Shown here piece after piece: positions 12,365 to 24,941 of a DNA stretch of 64,000 nucleotides. The DNA is from Scyliorhinus canicula (taxonomy: Eukaryota): positions 20,642,546 to 20,706,545 of the forward strand of contig NC_052158.1 in NCBI RefSeq assembly GCF_902713615.1, in the 5' to 3' direction. The position numbers were made by a program, and so were the translations under genes. The notes under the pieces were generated by a model that ran no database searches, was not told where the DNA came from, and was given only the letters and a program-made list of their open reading frames with translations. The first letter of the stretch is position 1; the number at the start of each line of letters is the position of its first letter.

Positions 12365-12460
12365 CCGAATCTTGGAAATGTTCTCTTTCTGCTGACTCTC
12401 CAGTTCCAGAACCTCCCACTTCTTCTCTGTGAGGGAATCTAAGGAAACCTTTATCTGGTT
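12365..12460 (-). CDS. TRIM A exon 2 (96 bp, coiled coil)
   Basis: ccaatcccag|AACCAG...ATTCGG|gtaaag; NQIKVSLDSLTEKKWEVLELESQQKENISKIR. Confidence 0.92.
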
Positions 12461-12598
12461 CTGGGATTGGGAGAGAAATTCAGAAAATTAGTTGGTTTGG
12501 TGATACTAAGAAATTGTCCCTCAGTGTCCAAAAATGTATAGGTTAGGTGGGGTAATGGGATTACCGGGATAGGGCGGGGGAGTGTGGGATGAGGTAGG

Positions 12599-13263
12599 GG
12601 GCGGGATTCTCTGACCCCCCGCTGGGTCGGAGAATCGCCGGGGGGGCGGTGTGAATCCCGTCCCGCCGTCGGCTGCCGAATTCTCCGGCGCCGGTTTTCG
12701 GGCAGTGCAGGGTTTACGCTGCGCCGGTCGGGGGCCCTTGGCAGCGTCCCCCCACCCCTGGCAATTCTCCGGACCCCGATGGGCCGAGCGGCCACCCGTT
12801 TTTGGCCAGTCCTGCCAGCGTGAAATGGACATGGTCGATCACGGCGGAACCTGGCTGGTAGGCTGTCTACCAGAGTCTTTGGGGGGAGGGGGGGGGGGTC
12901 ACGGGAGGATCTGGTCCAGTGGGGAGCCCCCCACGTGGCCTGGCCCGCAATCTGGGCCCATCGATCTGCGGGCGGGCCTGTGCTGTGGGGGCACTCTTTC
13001 CCTCCGCGCCGGCCTCTGTAAGGCTCCGCCATGGCCGGCGCGGAGAGTAAACCACCTGCGCATGCGCAAGAACACAGCAGCGGTTCTGCACATGCGCGGG
13101 ACCATGGCGGCCCTTCGGGGCAGCACCAACCCCTCCGGCACCGGCCTAGCCCCCGGAATTGCGGAGGATTTCTCAACTTCCGGGTGGCCTGGCGCCGGAG
13201 TGGTTCGCGCCATTCTTGGCGCCAGCATCGGGCCATCCCGCCGATTGCGGGAGAATCCCGCCC
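12599..13263. mobile_element. GC-rich MITE / non-autonomous DNA transposon (PIF-Harbinger-like) nested in an HE1 SINE
   Basis: TIRs GGGCGGGATTCTC (12599-12611) and GAGAATCCCGCCC (13251-13263); 3-bp TSD AGG on both sides; SINE sequence resumes in register after the element. Confidence 0.85.
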
Positions 13264-13389
13264 AGGTTGTTCTTTCAGAGGGTTAGTACAGACTCGCTGG
13301 GCCGAATGGCCTCCATCTGCACTGTACTGATTCCATTCTAAACTGTCAGACTATAAAAATGACACCAAGTCAAATCTGCTCCCGTTTAC

Positions 13390-13794
13390 CTTGTAGATTT
13401 CAACAGCCTCTTTCACGGGCAGGAAGCGGTGCTCCCTGTGTTCCCGCGAATCCCTGCAAATCACACAGATCAGTTTCTTGTCGGTTTCACAAAACAGTTT
13501 CAGCTCTTCCTGGTGTTCCTGACACTGATGTGTGCTTGCCTCCTCTCCCGGATTCAGCTTCAATTTCCGAGCTCTCTGGGCCAGATTCGCCAAGACCCGA
13601 TTAACCCTCAGGTTCCCGACGGGAAAATCCTCTCGGCATTCCGGGCAGGAGTTTATCTCCTTCCTTTCCCAATACTGGGTGATGCAGGGGCGGCAGAAGT
13701 TGTGTCCACAATCCAGTATGACCGGATCGGTGAAGAAGCTCAGGCAAATGGAACAGATGGTCTCCTCGGTCCAGTCCTCTTGTCTGGAGGCCAT
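13390..13794 (-). CDS. TRIM gene A exon 1, RING + B-box2 (TRIM39/TRIM69/nuclear factor 7-like class)
   Basis: MASRQEDWTEETICSICLSFFTDPVILDCGHNFCRPC...CPEC (C3HC4 RING) and CQEHQEELKLFCETDKKLICVICRDSREHREH (B-box2); donor AAG|gtaaac; 405 bp. Confidence 0.95.
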
Positions 13795-13825
13795 GTCCAT
13801 ACCCAGCACTTCCTCATCCCACACC

Positions 13826-13917
13826 CGGAAATTCCAATGTTTATTTAGCTGCTAGGTGTTTCGAATACCTTCACTTCAACTATTCCCCGCCTATATTCAT
13901 CATGCCCGGGGAATTCT
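13826..13917. promoter_or_regulatory. Candidate NF-kB-like sites upstream of the TRIM A start codon
   Basis: GGAAATTCC at 13826-13834 and GGGGAATTCT at 13908-13917, each close to GGGRNWYYCC; short motifs that can occur by chance. Confidence 0.3.
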
Positions 13918-14939
13918 AGCTACACATTGCTCCAGCTCCCATGTACATTTGCACAGGGAGACACACCACCAGACAATATAATGAACAGATTGTTAATGAT
14001 CTGTAAGGGTTTTATTGAACCCTTCAATGAGATGGGAAGGAGCCACCTCTCCAGGAATGGAGAAGGCGAGTGTAACTTGGCAGGGTCCGCAGGCTGAAAC
14101 ATATTAAATCCAGGAGGTGGGTGTTTGGTCACTTTGACAGAGTCCCTGCCGCATTCCCTTGCAGCTCCATCTATTCATCTCATTCACAAACTATCCGTCT
14201 GCAGATATTCCTTCCTTTCCCAGTTCAGGGGAGAATGAATCCTCTGGCATGTTGTCACGCTCAATCCGCCCATTCAACGAATGGACACTCTTTTTGCTGA
14301 TGTTAAATGTCCCTGTTCGTCAAACAACGTGGATGTCATCTCTATATCTGGATAAGTGAGCAAGTAACTTTGGCACAGCCGGGAAACAGCCATGGGTCCA
14401 TTTGAGAATTAAAATGTGCGTGTGTTACAATCCCCTTCAACGTCTGCCTCCCGCTTTACTTTAAAAACCCTTTAACCTATCCGCAAACATGGAGCTCACA
14501 ACCGGCTATTTATTCATCTGGAGAGTGATCGCAGTTCTAAAAGCCAGTTCATGGTTTGTCAGCAAATGCTGAACATACATTCAGCAGGTCTGCCCTCTGT
14601 GGAGAGAGAGAGAGAGAGAGTTTATGTTCCTGCCGTTTTAACCCAGCATTGCTGAATGTTTCACAGAATCACCGAATTGTTACTGTGCTGAAGGAGACCT
14701 TTCGGCCCATCTTGCCTGGTACAGGCTCTCCACACGCGAATCCTGGCTCAGCACCATTCCTGCCTTTTCTCCTTACCCCTGCACATCATTTATATTCAAT
14801 TAATGATCAAATACCCTATTGATTGCCTCGATTGAACCTGCCTCCATCACACTTCCAGCATTCCAGACCCAACCACTGGCTGTGTGAATGTTTTTTTCTC
14901 TCAAAGCACATTGGTGTATTTTGCAAATCAATTTAGATG

Positions 14940-15150
14940 TAAAGTTACCAGAGTCCCAGATGACCACAGGCCACTTTCCCCTTTGAGGGGGAGAGCTGAC
15001 TGGTGCTGATTTAACCTGAGGGTCACCACACCTCAGGCAAGGGGCAAGAGGCACCTTAATGTATAACCTCAGCCATTACGGGAATTAAATCCACACTGTT
15101 GGCCTCCCTCTGCATCACAAACCAACTGTCCAGCCAATTGAGCTTGGGCC
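14940..15150 (-). mobile_element. tRNA-derived SINE, family C
   Basis: Related copy at ~34210-34430; agctcaattggctggacag...ttaattcccgta head. Confidence 0.6.
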
Positions 15151-15299
15151 TCTCATTCTCCATCATGTTACCAGGGAGGAACAGTTTTGCTCGGTCTACT
15201 TTGGCCAGCTCCCTCAATAACCTTCTTCTCTCCAATGAGAACAGTCCCAACCTCTTCTGCTCTCTCTCCAAAGCGTTTACCTTGTTCCTATCATGTGTT

Positions 15300-17640
15300 T
15301 ATAACTTCATAAAATGTAGGAGCAGAGTTAGGCCATTTGGCCCATCGATCTGCTCCGCCATTCTATCATGGCTGATATGTTCCTCATCTGCTACCTGCAA
15401 TGCTACAGACCAATAGCTGGATTGCAAAATTAACTAGAGTATCTCCTCCCTGGAACACATGAACGAGGAGCAGGTGTCGGCAATTCAGCCTCTCAAGCCT
15501 AACACCCTCAATGTGATCATGGCTGATCCCATCCTGGCCTCAACTCCACCGTCCTCCCCATTACCTTTCAATCCATTACCAATTAAACATCTGTCGAACT
15601 CCTCCTTTAATTTACTCACTGTCCCAGCATCTACCGCACTCTGGGGTAGCGAATTCCACAGATTCACAACCCTTTGGGAGAAGTAGTTTCTCCTTCAATC
15701 TGTTTTAAACTTGCTGCCTCTTATTCGAAGATTATGACCTCTCGTTCTAGAATGCCCCACAAGAGGAAGCATCTGCTCCACGTCTACTTTATCCAGACCT
15801 TTTAGCATCTTGTATATCTCAATTAGATCTCCCCTCATTCTTCTAAACTCTAGAAAGACTAGGCCTAAACTGTTCAATCTCTCCTCATACAACAAACCCC
15901 ATATCTCTGGAATCAATCTTGTGAACCTCCTCTGAACTGCCTCCAATGCCACTACATTGTTCCTCAAATAAGGGGACCAAAACTGTGCACAATACTCCAG
16001 GTGTGGCCTCACCAATGCCTTGTATAGTTGCAACAACACTTCCTTACCTTTATACTCAATTCCTTTTGCTATAAATGCCAACATTCCTTGATTATCTGCT
16101 GCCCCTGCCTGCTAGTTTTCTGTGACTCATGCATGTTGGCTTACGGGTATAGGGTGGATACGTGGGTTTGTGTAGGGTGATCATTGCTCGGCACAACATC
16201 GAGGGCCGAAGGGCCTGTTCTGTGCTGTACTGTTCTATGTTCTATGAGGACACCCAGATCCCTCTGCAGCGGAGCACCCCAAAGTCTCTCCCCATAAGAG
16301 GCTGGTTTAGCACAGGGCTAAATCGCTGGCTTTGAAAGCAGACGAAGGCAGGCCAGCAGCACGGTTCAATTCCCGTACCAGCCTCCCCGAACAGGCGCCG
16401 GAATGTGGCGACAAGAGGCTTTTCACAGTAACTTCATTTGAAGCCTACTTGTGACAATAAGCGATTTTCAATTCATTCATTTAGATAAGTTGCCCTTCCA
16501 TTTTTTCACCCAAAATGCATGACTTCGCACTTATCCATGTTAAACTCCATCTGCTACATTTTGCCCCACTCTCCTAACCTATCTCTATTTGTAAGGTTCT
16601 TATTTCCTTATTGCAACTTACTGTCCCACCTATTTTTGTGTCATCTGCAAATTTGGCTATAGAACCTTCTATCCCTGTATCCAAGTCGTTAATATAGATT
16701 GTAAATAACTGGGTCCCAAGGACCGAACCCTGTGGCACCCCACTAGTTACATCTTGCCACCCAGAAAAAGACCCATTTATCCCGACCCTGTCTCCTGTCT
16801 GTCAGCCAGTCTTCCATCCAAGTTAATAAGTTACCCCTAATCCCATGTGATCTCACCTTGTGAATCAACCTTCTGTGCGGCACCTTATCAATCACCTTCC
16901 GGAAGTCCATATATACGACATCTACAGGATCCCCATTATCGACTTTGCTTGTTACATCTTCGAAGAACTCCTAGCAGGTTAGTCAAACATGATTTGCCCT
17001 TCATAAAACCATGCTGGCTCTGATGGATAACGCTTTGGCTTTCCAAATGTTACATCCTTGATAATTGATTCCAACAATTTTCCAATAACAGATGTGAAAC
17101 TAACTGGTCCGGAATTTCCCACATCCTGCCTCTTCCCTTTTTGGATGAGGGCGTTACGTTTCCAATCCACTGCAATCTTTCCCATGTCCACAGAATTTTG
17201 GAATTTCATAACCAATGGATCCACTATCTCTGCTGCCACTTCCTTTAACACCCTAAGATGTAGGCTATCAGGTCTCTTCCCATTACCTCTGAATTGCTGC
17301 TTCCGATAGGAATGGTACGAGTGTACTCCACTGTGAAAACTGAGGCAAAGTATTGATTTAGCATCACTGCCATTAACTCACCAGTTTTATCTTTCAAGGG
17401 GCCAACGTTCACCTGAGCGACTCTTTTCCCTTTTATGTACCTGTAGAAGCTTTTGCTGTCCTTTTTGATATTCTGTGCTAGTTTTTTTTGTAATTTACTT
17501 TAGCTTTTTTAAAATTACTTTTTTAGAATCCCTTTTATTTATGTTTGAAAGTTTCCCAATCTTCAAGCCTGCCATTGGCCTTTGCAAAATGATATACCTC
17601 AGTTTTTGTCTTTGTAATGTCCTTGACTGGTCCTTTAATG
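15300..17640 (-). mobile_element. CR1 LINE ORF2/3' fragment interrupted by SINEs
   Basis: [39 protein letters not shown]...QRRFTRLIP and SGPVSFTSVIGKLLESIIKD; CR1 3' hairpin tail. Confidence 0.9.
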
Positions 17641-17660
17641 TCCAGGGGCTGGTTTAGCTC

Positions 17661-18629
17661 TGTAGAAGTCAGGTATTTTAAATACACTTAATATAGGTAA
17701 GAAGACTGTTTAAGACAGAAATATTAAATCCCAGTTTTAAAATGAAAGAAATATACAACTTCCAAACTCAGACATGTGTTTGGGAAAAACAGAACCACTG
17801 ATAAAAACATCACATTCTTTCAAGGGCAGCAGCGAAATCCCATGGGTTTTAAGGTGGTATAATTAAAGGTTCCATTGTTCTGATTTCTGGCCACTTGTGA
17901 TAACAGCCTGAACCACATTCCATAACGTATGCAAGCTGAAACATCTTAGACTGTGTCAAAATACAGTTTCATTTATATTTTCGGAATAATAGCATGATGA
18001 GATGACTAACGTCTCAATTGTTGCAGATAAGCAACAATTGGAAGTGGCGTTGCATTGGGAGGATGGATGGCTTGTTATCAAATCAAATGTGTTTTGAATA
18101 TAGCTTAAACCAATTAGGATTATATTGGGGTGTGATCGGATCGCTTAAGACAGATATGAAAGAGTATATCCATGGATGATTTGGCCACCATTTTAGACAA
18201 GAAGACAGAGAAGAAGAAAGACAAGAAGAAAGACAGAGAGCCAGAAAGAGACAGAGAGAAAGAGACAGGAAAGAGACAAAGAGAACAAGACAGAAAGAGA
18301 GAGAGAGGGAAAGTAAAGGAAGAGAATTAGAAAAGAGTTCTGTATTCCTATTTCATTTTCATACTTTGACTTCAGCCTTTGACTTTTAAAGTTGTGTTCA
18401 GGCTATTGTCTCAGAAGATAATTCCTGTGATTCTTTGAAGAAAATCAAATTATCTACAAACTACCTTTTAAATCATTTTCAAGTTGTAACCAATGAACTT
18501 CAATAAAACAATTCTTATTTGCACCTGACAAGTTTTTAACTTGAATTTCTACTGAGTTTCAGCAATGTCTCACCAACAACCGGCAACCGTAAATTAAATA
18601 AAACTGGATTCAAATCGTAAGATACAACA
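17661..18629 (+). mobile_element. Solo LTR (969 bp) inserted in a family-B SINE
   Basis: TG...CA ends; perfect 5-bp TSD AGCTC (17656-17660 and 18630-18634); AATAAA near 18502; the SINE halves join across it. Confidence 0.85.
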
Positions 18630-19619
18630 AGCTCACTTGGCAAAATCGCTGGCTTTTAAAGCAGATCAAGGCAGGCCAGCAGCACGGTTCGATCCCCGGA
18701 ACAGGCGCCGGAATGTGGCGACTAGGGGCTTTTCACAATAACTTCATTGAAGCCTACTCGTGACAATAAGCGATTTTCATTTTCTTTCATTTGTTTAGCC
18801 ATGGATGTTTTTCACCCCTCTTCCCATCTTTCTTCTTCACTGGGATGTATTTTAGTTGGGAGGAATTGAGTATCTCCTTAAACAACTTCCACTGTTGATC
18901 AGCTGTCCTACAGTTCAGCCTTCCTGCCCAGTCTATACACGCCAAATCTGTCCTCAAGCTTATCTAATTTCCTTTGCTTAATTCCACAATACTAGTGTGG
19001 GACTCCACTTTCTCGCCCCCAAACTGAATCTTGAATTCTACCATACTATGGTGACCCCAGAACTGTGGACAATATTCCAGCTGAGGTATAACTAGTGGAA
19101 TGTATAAATAACCTTAGGATGCTTGGAACGTGCTGACAGAGAATGTGGTGGAAGCAGGCACATTAGCAACATTTAAGAGGCATCTGGATGGGCACATGAA
19201 TGGGGAGGAAATAGAGGGATACAGACCGAGCTAGGGCAGGAGGTTTTTTTTAATAGTTAGGGCATCATGATCGGCGCAGGCTTGGAGGGACGAAGGGCCT
19301 GTTCCTGTGCTGTACTTTTCTTTATTCTATGTATAACCTCCTTGCTTTTGTACTCTAGGCCTTTATTAATAAAGCCCATGCTTTATTACTGCTCTCTCCA
19401 ACCTGTCCTGCCACCTTCAGTGATCTGCGCACACATACAACCAGTCTCCCTTCTCCTGCACACTTTTAAGAATTTTACCACTTATTTTATATTGCCTCTC
19501 CTTGATTTGTTTTTATTTCAGTTTTCCAGCATTAACAATATTTTGCTTTGGTTATAATATATTTTCCCAGGTCGTCTCGGTTGAAAACACATCAAAGTAT
19601 TTCAAATGCAGAAATTGGA

Positions 19620-21290
19620 TTTAAATAATATTTTTATTCAAGGCTTTTTAACAAAAATATACAGAATATCAGAAGCTCACCAACCCAATAACCCTCCAGT
19701 CTCCGACACCAACCCCATGCCACGTCCAGACCATTTTAACCCCCCCCCCCCCCATGCACCACGCCGCTGACCTCTCAATCCTTGAAGAAATCAATGGACG
19801 GTTTTGACCTCCGGGTGAACCCTTCTCCTGACCCCCGTAGAGGGAACTTGGTCTTCTCCAGCCTCAGGAATTCTGCCAGGTCGCTCACCCATACCACCGC
19901 CTTCAGCAGCTCCGAGTCCCGCCGATACAACAAAATCCGTCTCCGGGCTATCAGGGAGCAAAGGTCGAGACATCAGCCGCTCTCTCTCTCGCCCAGGACT
20001 CCTGGGTCTTCCGACACACCAAATATGGCCACCTTCGGACTCAGGACTGCTCCAAATTCAGGACCTCGGACATAACATCTGAGAATCCATGACAGAACCC
20101 CAATGCCTTGGACATGCGGATGTGATTCCCGGGCTCCCCCCCCCACACTTGTATTCCATCCCCCCAAAGAATTTGCTCATTCTCGCCACATTCATGTGGG
20201 TCCTATGCACCACTTTAAACTGGATGAGGCGTAACCACGCACACAGCGAGGATACATTCACCCTCCGCAAGGCCCCAGCTCATGTCCCAGCCCCCTCCTC
20301 CTCCCCACCCAGCTCCTCCTCCCATTTGCACTCAACATCCTCCACCAGGGCGCCCTCCCTCTCCATCAATTCCTCATACATATCCAACATCTTTCCCTCC
20401 CCTATTTGCTCCTCCGACAAGAGCTTGTCTTGCAATGCCGGAGATGGCAACCCCAGGAAGGACAGCATCTCTCTCCTGACAAATCTACAGGGAGCTAAAA
20501 CCATTCCTCTTGGGCAACTCATACAACTCCTCCAACCCTGCAAATCTACCCCCATAAACAAGTCACTGAACTACTCAATCCTCACTTGCTGCCACCCCTG
20601 GAACCTCGCATCCAGTCTCGCCGGCATGAATCCATGGTCGTTACAGATCGGCGCCCACAACGACATACCCTCCAACCTGCCCTCATACCCTCCAACCTGC
20701 CCTCATACCCTCCAACCTACCCTCATACCCTCTAGCCCAAGTGCTGCATGTACTGTCCCCATACCCTTAAAGCCAACACCACCATTGGGCTTGCGGAGTA
20801 CCTGGTTGGTGAGAATGGCAAAGACACCAACAGTAAATCCCCCAAACCCTACATGATGCCACCTCCATCCGCCGCCAGGCCGACCTGTCCTCCACAACCC
20901 ATTTCCTCACGATCGCAAAATTTGCCACCCAATAATAATTTATCAAATTTGGCAATGCCAGCTCCCCGCCCGCCCCCCACCCCACTCGCCCCCCGTTCTA
21001 AAAAAAACAGCACAGAAACGGGGCCCACACAAACTCCGAGGTTAACCCATTGACGTTCCTGGAAAAACACTGAGGGACAAGGATAGGGAGGTTCTGAAAC
21101 GTAGGCGGCACTGTCATTTTCACTGTCTGCACCCACCCTGCCAGCGACAGCGGCAACACGTCCCACCTCTCAGGCCAAGTTCAATCTGCAATTGGGCCAG
21201 CTCCCCATCACCTGAATACCAAGGCACTTAAAGCCTGTCCCCACCACCCGCTTGAACAGTAACTCCCCTAACCTCCTTTGCAAAATGAGA
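19620..21290 (-). mobile_element. L1-clade LINE ORF2 3' portion (frameshifted)
   Basis: LALPNLINYYW and LRLIQFKVVHRTHM...KC motifs of the fish L1 ORF2 C-terminus; A-rich 3' end at ~19620-19660. Confidence 0.75.
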
Positions 21291-22188
21291 TTAAATGAAT
21301 GGCGACATTCAGGAAATGCGAGAAAAGTGCGATTCAATAGTAAGAGCAGGATTTGAAAATCTCTCCCGTTTACCTATCTAAAGAGAGCAAAGCAAAACAA
21401 AATATACATATCGAGCTGACCTTGAATGCACAGGTTTCCTGGTATTAATTTCATTATTCACTCTTAGTGTCATCGGGAAATGGAGTGTGTAAAACCTCGA
21501 CAGAACAATAATTAGCAGAAATATCAAACCTGCACGGAGAGGCAAATACCGACACTTACCACAGGAGCTCGGTGGGTCAGACAGCATTTGGATGAGGGAC
21601 TGTTCGGGGAAAGGACTGTTTGACTAAAGGACCATTCAGGCCAAGGATCCTTTGGCCTGCTATACTGCACTTCAGTAACAGCTCGAAACTGAGTTACAGA
21701 GTAGGTTTTTCATCCGTCATCTCAGTCAGCGACTTGCATTAGCACAAGAGGAATAATCAAATATTGGAATGGTTACAGCCGAGAGGAGACCGTTCAGCCC
21801 ATCCTATCTAGTCCAGCCATTGCAAGAAAAAATCTACTAGTCCCTCTCACCCTGCCCATTTGTTGTAACCCTGCAGTCCTTGTTAATATTCTCAACCAAT
21901 TCCCTTTTAAAACCCAAATGGAATTTACCTCCATCATCCTCTCAGGCACGGTATTCCAGATCTCAAGCACCGACAGCTTTTCCTCGTGTTGCCGATAATA
22001 GTTTTGCCAAACTATTGGTGTCCTTGACCATCCCTTCAGTGGGGGACACATCCTCTCTGCTCTCTCTCCACTCCAGACCCCTGGTGATCTTCAACACTAG
22101 CTATCATAACTCTCCTCTCGAAAACTCTCCTCTTTTCTGTGGAGAGCAATCCAAGATTCTCCAATCCATCCAAGGAACTAACACCGCG

Positions 22189-22219
<31 letters not shown>

Positions 22220-22849
22220 CAACCTGGGAACCATTTCTGGTCAATCCTCTCTGCACCTTTCATCTTCTCGTTAATGTACAGTGCCAGAATTAGACACAAT
22301 ATCGAGGAACCAGGTGAAATGGTTACGGTTGTGCCGACTTAAACCCGCTCTGAGTCCCACAGCTCTTCCCTTTTAAAGCTGCCATTGTTTATAAATGGCA
22401 TGACCCTCCCCTATTCCTGTATTCAGGAGGCCCCATAGGCCTCACCAATATCGGTGGTTTTTCCACTTTGCATCATTGTTCATCCCCAATTTTTAGCACC
22501 TCCCCCCCTCCCATTACCTGAACACTAAGCTCCCAAATTCATTCCGTAAACCAGCCCACACCCCCCACATTATCTCTGCCCTTTTAAGACACTTCAACGC
22601 ACATATATTTTAAACTATGCTTTAAACTCTGACCCAAGCTGGGCTGGATAAATATAAGTTGTTATTTGATCCAAATCCCGGGCCAGGGCTGAATCGATAC
22701 TGAAGGCACTGCTTAGGATAATCCAGTAACTAGCTCTCCACTCACATTTCATCAAACTCACTCCCAGAAATAAATGTAATGTCTTCAGCATCTACATCAG
22801 CAACGTTCAGCAAAAATAGCTGATTAGTTTCCTCTCTGTACTCAAATAC

Positions 22850-23330
22850 AGACCCACACTATAGAGAGGGTGCAGAGGAGATTCACCAGGATGTTTCCTG
22901 GGCTGGAGCATTTCAGTGATGAAGAGAGGCTGGTTAGGCTGCGGTTATTCTCCTTAGAGCTGAGAAAGCCGAGGGTGTAACCTGATTGAGGTGTTCAAAA
23001 TGGGACATACAGACAGGGTAGCTAGGAAGAAACCGTTCCCCTTTGTCAAGAGGGCAATAACCTGGGGGCATAGATTTAAAGTAAGGTGCAGGGGTATAGA
23101 GGGGGTTTGAGTTCACCCGACGGTGTTGGAAATCTAGAACTCACTGGCTGAAAGGGCGGTAGAGGCAGGAACCCTCACAACATTTAAGAAGCATTTAGAT
23201 GAGCTCTTGCAACGCTACAGTATACAAGGCCAAGGCCCAAGTGCTGGAAAATGGGATTACAGTGGATAGGTGTTTGATGGCCGGTGCCAGACACGATGGG
23301 CTGAAGGGCCTCTTTCAGTGCTGTATTTGA
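22850..23330 (+). mobile_element. CR1 LINE 3' end
   Basis: gagggtgcagaggagattcaccaggatg...gatgggctgaagggcctct tail. Confidence 0.85.
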
Positions 23331-23404
23331 ATTCAGCTCCCCTGAAGCACATCATTCTGCAAAACTTCACTCACTCACCTGGGCTTTTGTGAAAATTGTA
23401 CAGA

Positions 23405-24050
23405 CTCAATAGAACAATAGAACATCGAGGGCCGAAGGGCCCGTACTGCGCTGTAGTCTTCTAACATAACAGCGCAGTACAGGCCCTTTGGCCCTTGATG
23501 TCGCGCCGACCTGTGAAACCAATTTAAAGCCCATTTACACTATTCCCTTATTATCCATATGTTTATCCAATGACCATTTAAATGCCCTTAATGTTGGCGA
23601 GTCCACTACTATTGCAGGCAGGGCATTCCACGCCCCTACTACTCCTGAGTAAAGAACCTACCTCTGACATCTGTCCTATATCTACCACCCCTCAATTTAA
23701 AGCTATGTCCCCTTGTGCTAGCCATCACCATCTGAGGAAAAAAGCTCTCACTATCCACCCTATCTAATCCTCTGATCGCCTCTTAACCTTCTTCTCTCTA
23801 ACGAAAACAGCCTCAAGTCCCTCAGCCTTTCCTCATAAGATCTTCCCTCCATACCAGGCAACATCCTGGTAAATCTCCTCTACACCCTTTCCAATGCTTC
23901 CACATCCTTCCTATAATGCGGTGACCAGAACTGCACGCAATACTCCAAATACGGCCGCACCAGAGTTTTGTACAGCGGCAACATGACCTCATGGCTCCGA
24001 AACCCAATCCCTCTACTAATAAAAGCTAACACACCCTACGCCTTCTTAAT
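23405..24050 (-). mobile_element. CR1 LINE 3' end
   Basis: Reverse-strand CR1 ORF2 terminus and tail with short inverted duplication at 23425-23500. Confidence 0.8.
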
Positions 24051-24664
24051 AATCCGGTGTCTGACAGCAGCTGGGAAGGGGAAGCCCAGGGTCATGCTCA
24101 TTTTCCTCATTTTTTCTGATCCAATTCTCTTTTAGTTCTGAAGAATCCTGTCAGAGTTGTCTGGTCAGCCAAGTGTTACAGCATATTCTGTTTGTGGCAT
24201 TCCCACCAGTACCAGATAACCAGGTGGTGAGGCCTGGAGAGGCATCATACATTCTTCGGTGATCACCCACTAATGAGTATGATTGACCGCCTAAGAAACT
24301 CTGTGTTACCGGCCATGGGGTCTGTGGGTTCTTGCATAGCTGATGAGCCCGATTCTAGAGCCGCAACTTGAACTTGGCACGTTTCCAGGTGGGATTGGTC
24401 TTTGGACGGTAGCAATCGTTAGGGCAGCACGGTAGCACAGTGGTTAGCATAGTTGCTTCACAGCTACAGAGTCCCAGGTTCGATTCCCGGCTTGGGTCAC
24501 AGTCCTTGCGGAGTCTGCGTTCTCCCCCATGTCTGCGTGGGCTCTGCTGGCTGCTCCCGTTTCCTTGCACAGTCCAAAGATGTGCAGGTTAGGTGGATTG
24601 GCCATGAATTGTCCTTAGTGTCTCAAAAGGGTTCGGTGCCACACACAGAACGACTCCACAGCGA

Positions 24665-24941
24665 TGTTATAACCTGCCTGCTTACCACTGGCTGGGGACT
24701 AATGGCAATCCCACAATCCTTTGGGAGTATGAGCTTCCCCAATGAGGGGGGGGTGGGGCGGAGAAATCATTAGCAGACTCCCTGCATAAATAAAGCTGGC
24801 CAGTTTGGAACCGGCTAGAGGAGAGGGAGCAGCAAGGAGTGAGCAGCAAGGAGTTGCTGCTGTTGTTGGATGTTATTGTACATAAATGTTATTTATTTCT
24901 ATCCTTCAACTCGTGCTGGATTCTTCGTGGCCCTCACAAAA
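24665..24941 (+). mobile_element. Probable solo LTR inserted in a Gypsy-like element
   Basis: Starts TGTT, ends ...ctcacaaaa; TATA/AATAAA-like signal; host motif gactccacagcga|cgagaccactgc resumes after it; TSD imperfect (gcga/acga). Confidence 0.55.

Noticed and set aside
12451-13341. Overlapping GC-rich ORFs here and at 51244-52067 and 55014-55696
   Set aside because: Stop-poor GC-rich MITE or CpG-island sequence with no protein motifs.
21374-21377. ctctttag|ATAG|gtaaacggg resembling the TRIM A intron-1 donor
   Set aside because: Four bases only, with no recognisable coding context; could be a UTR exon or chance.
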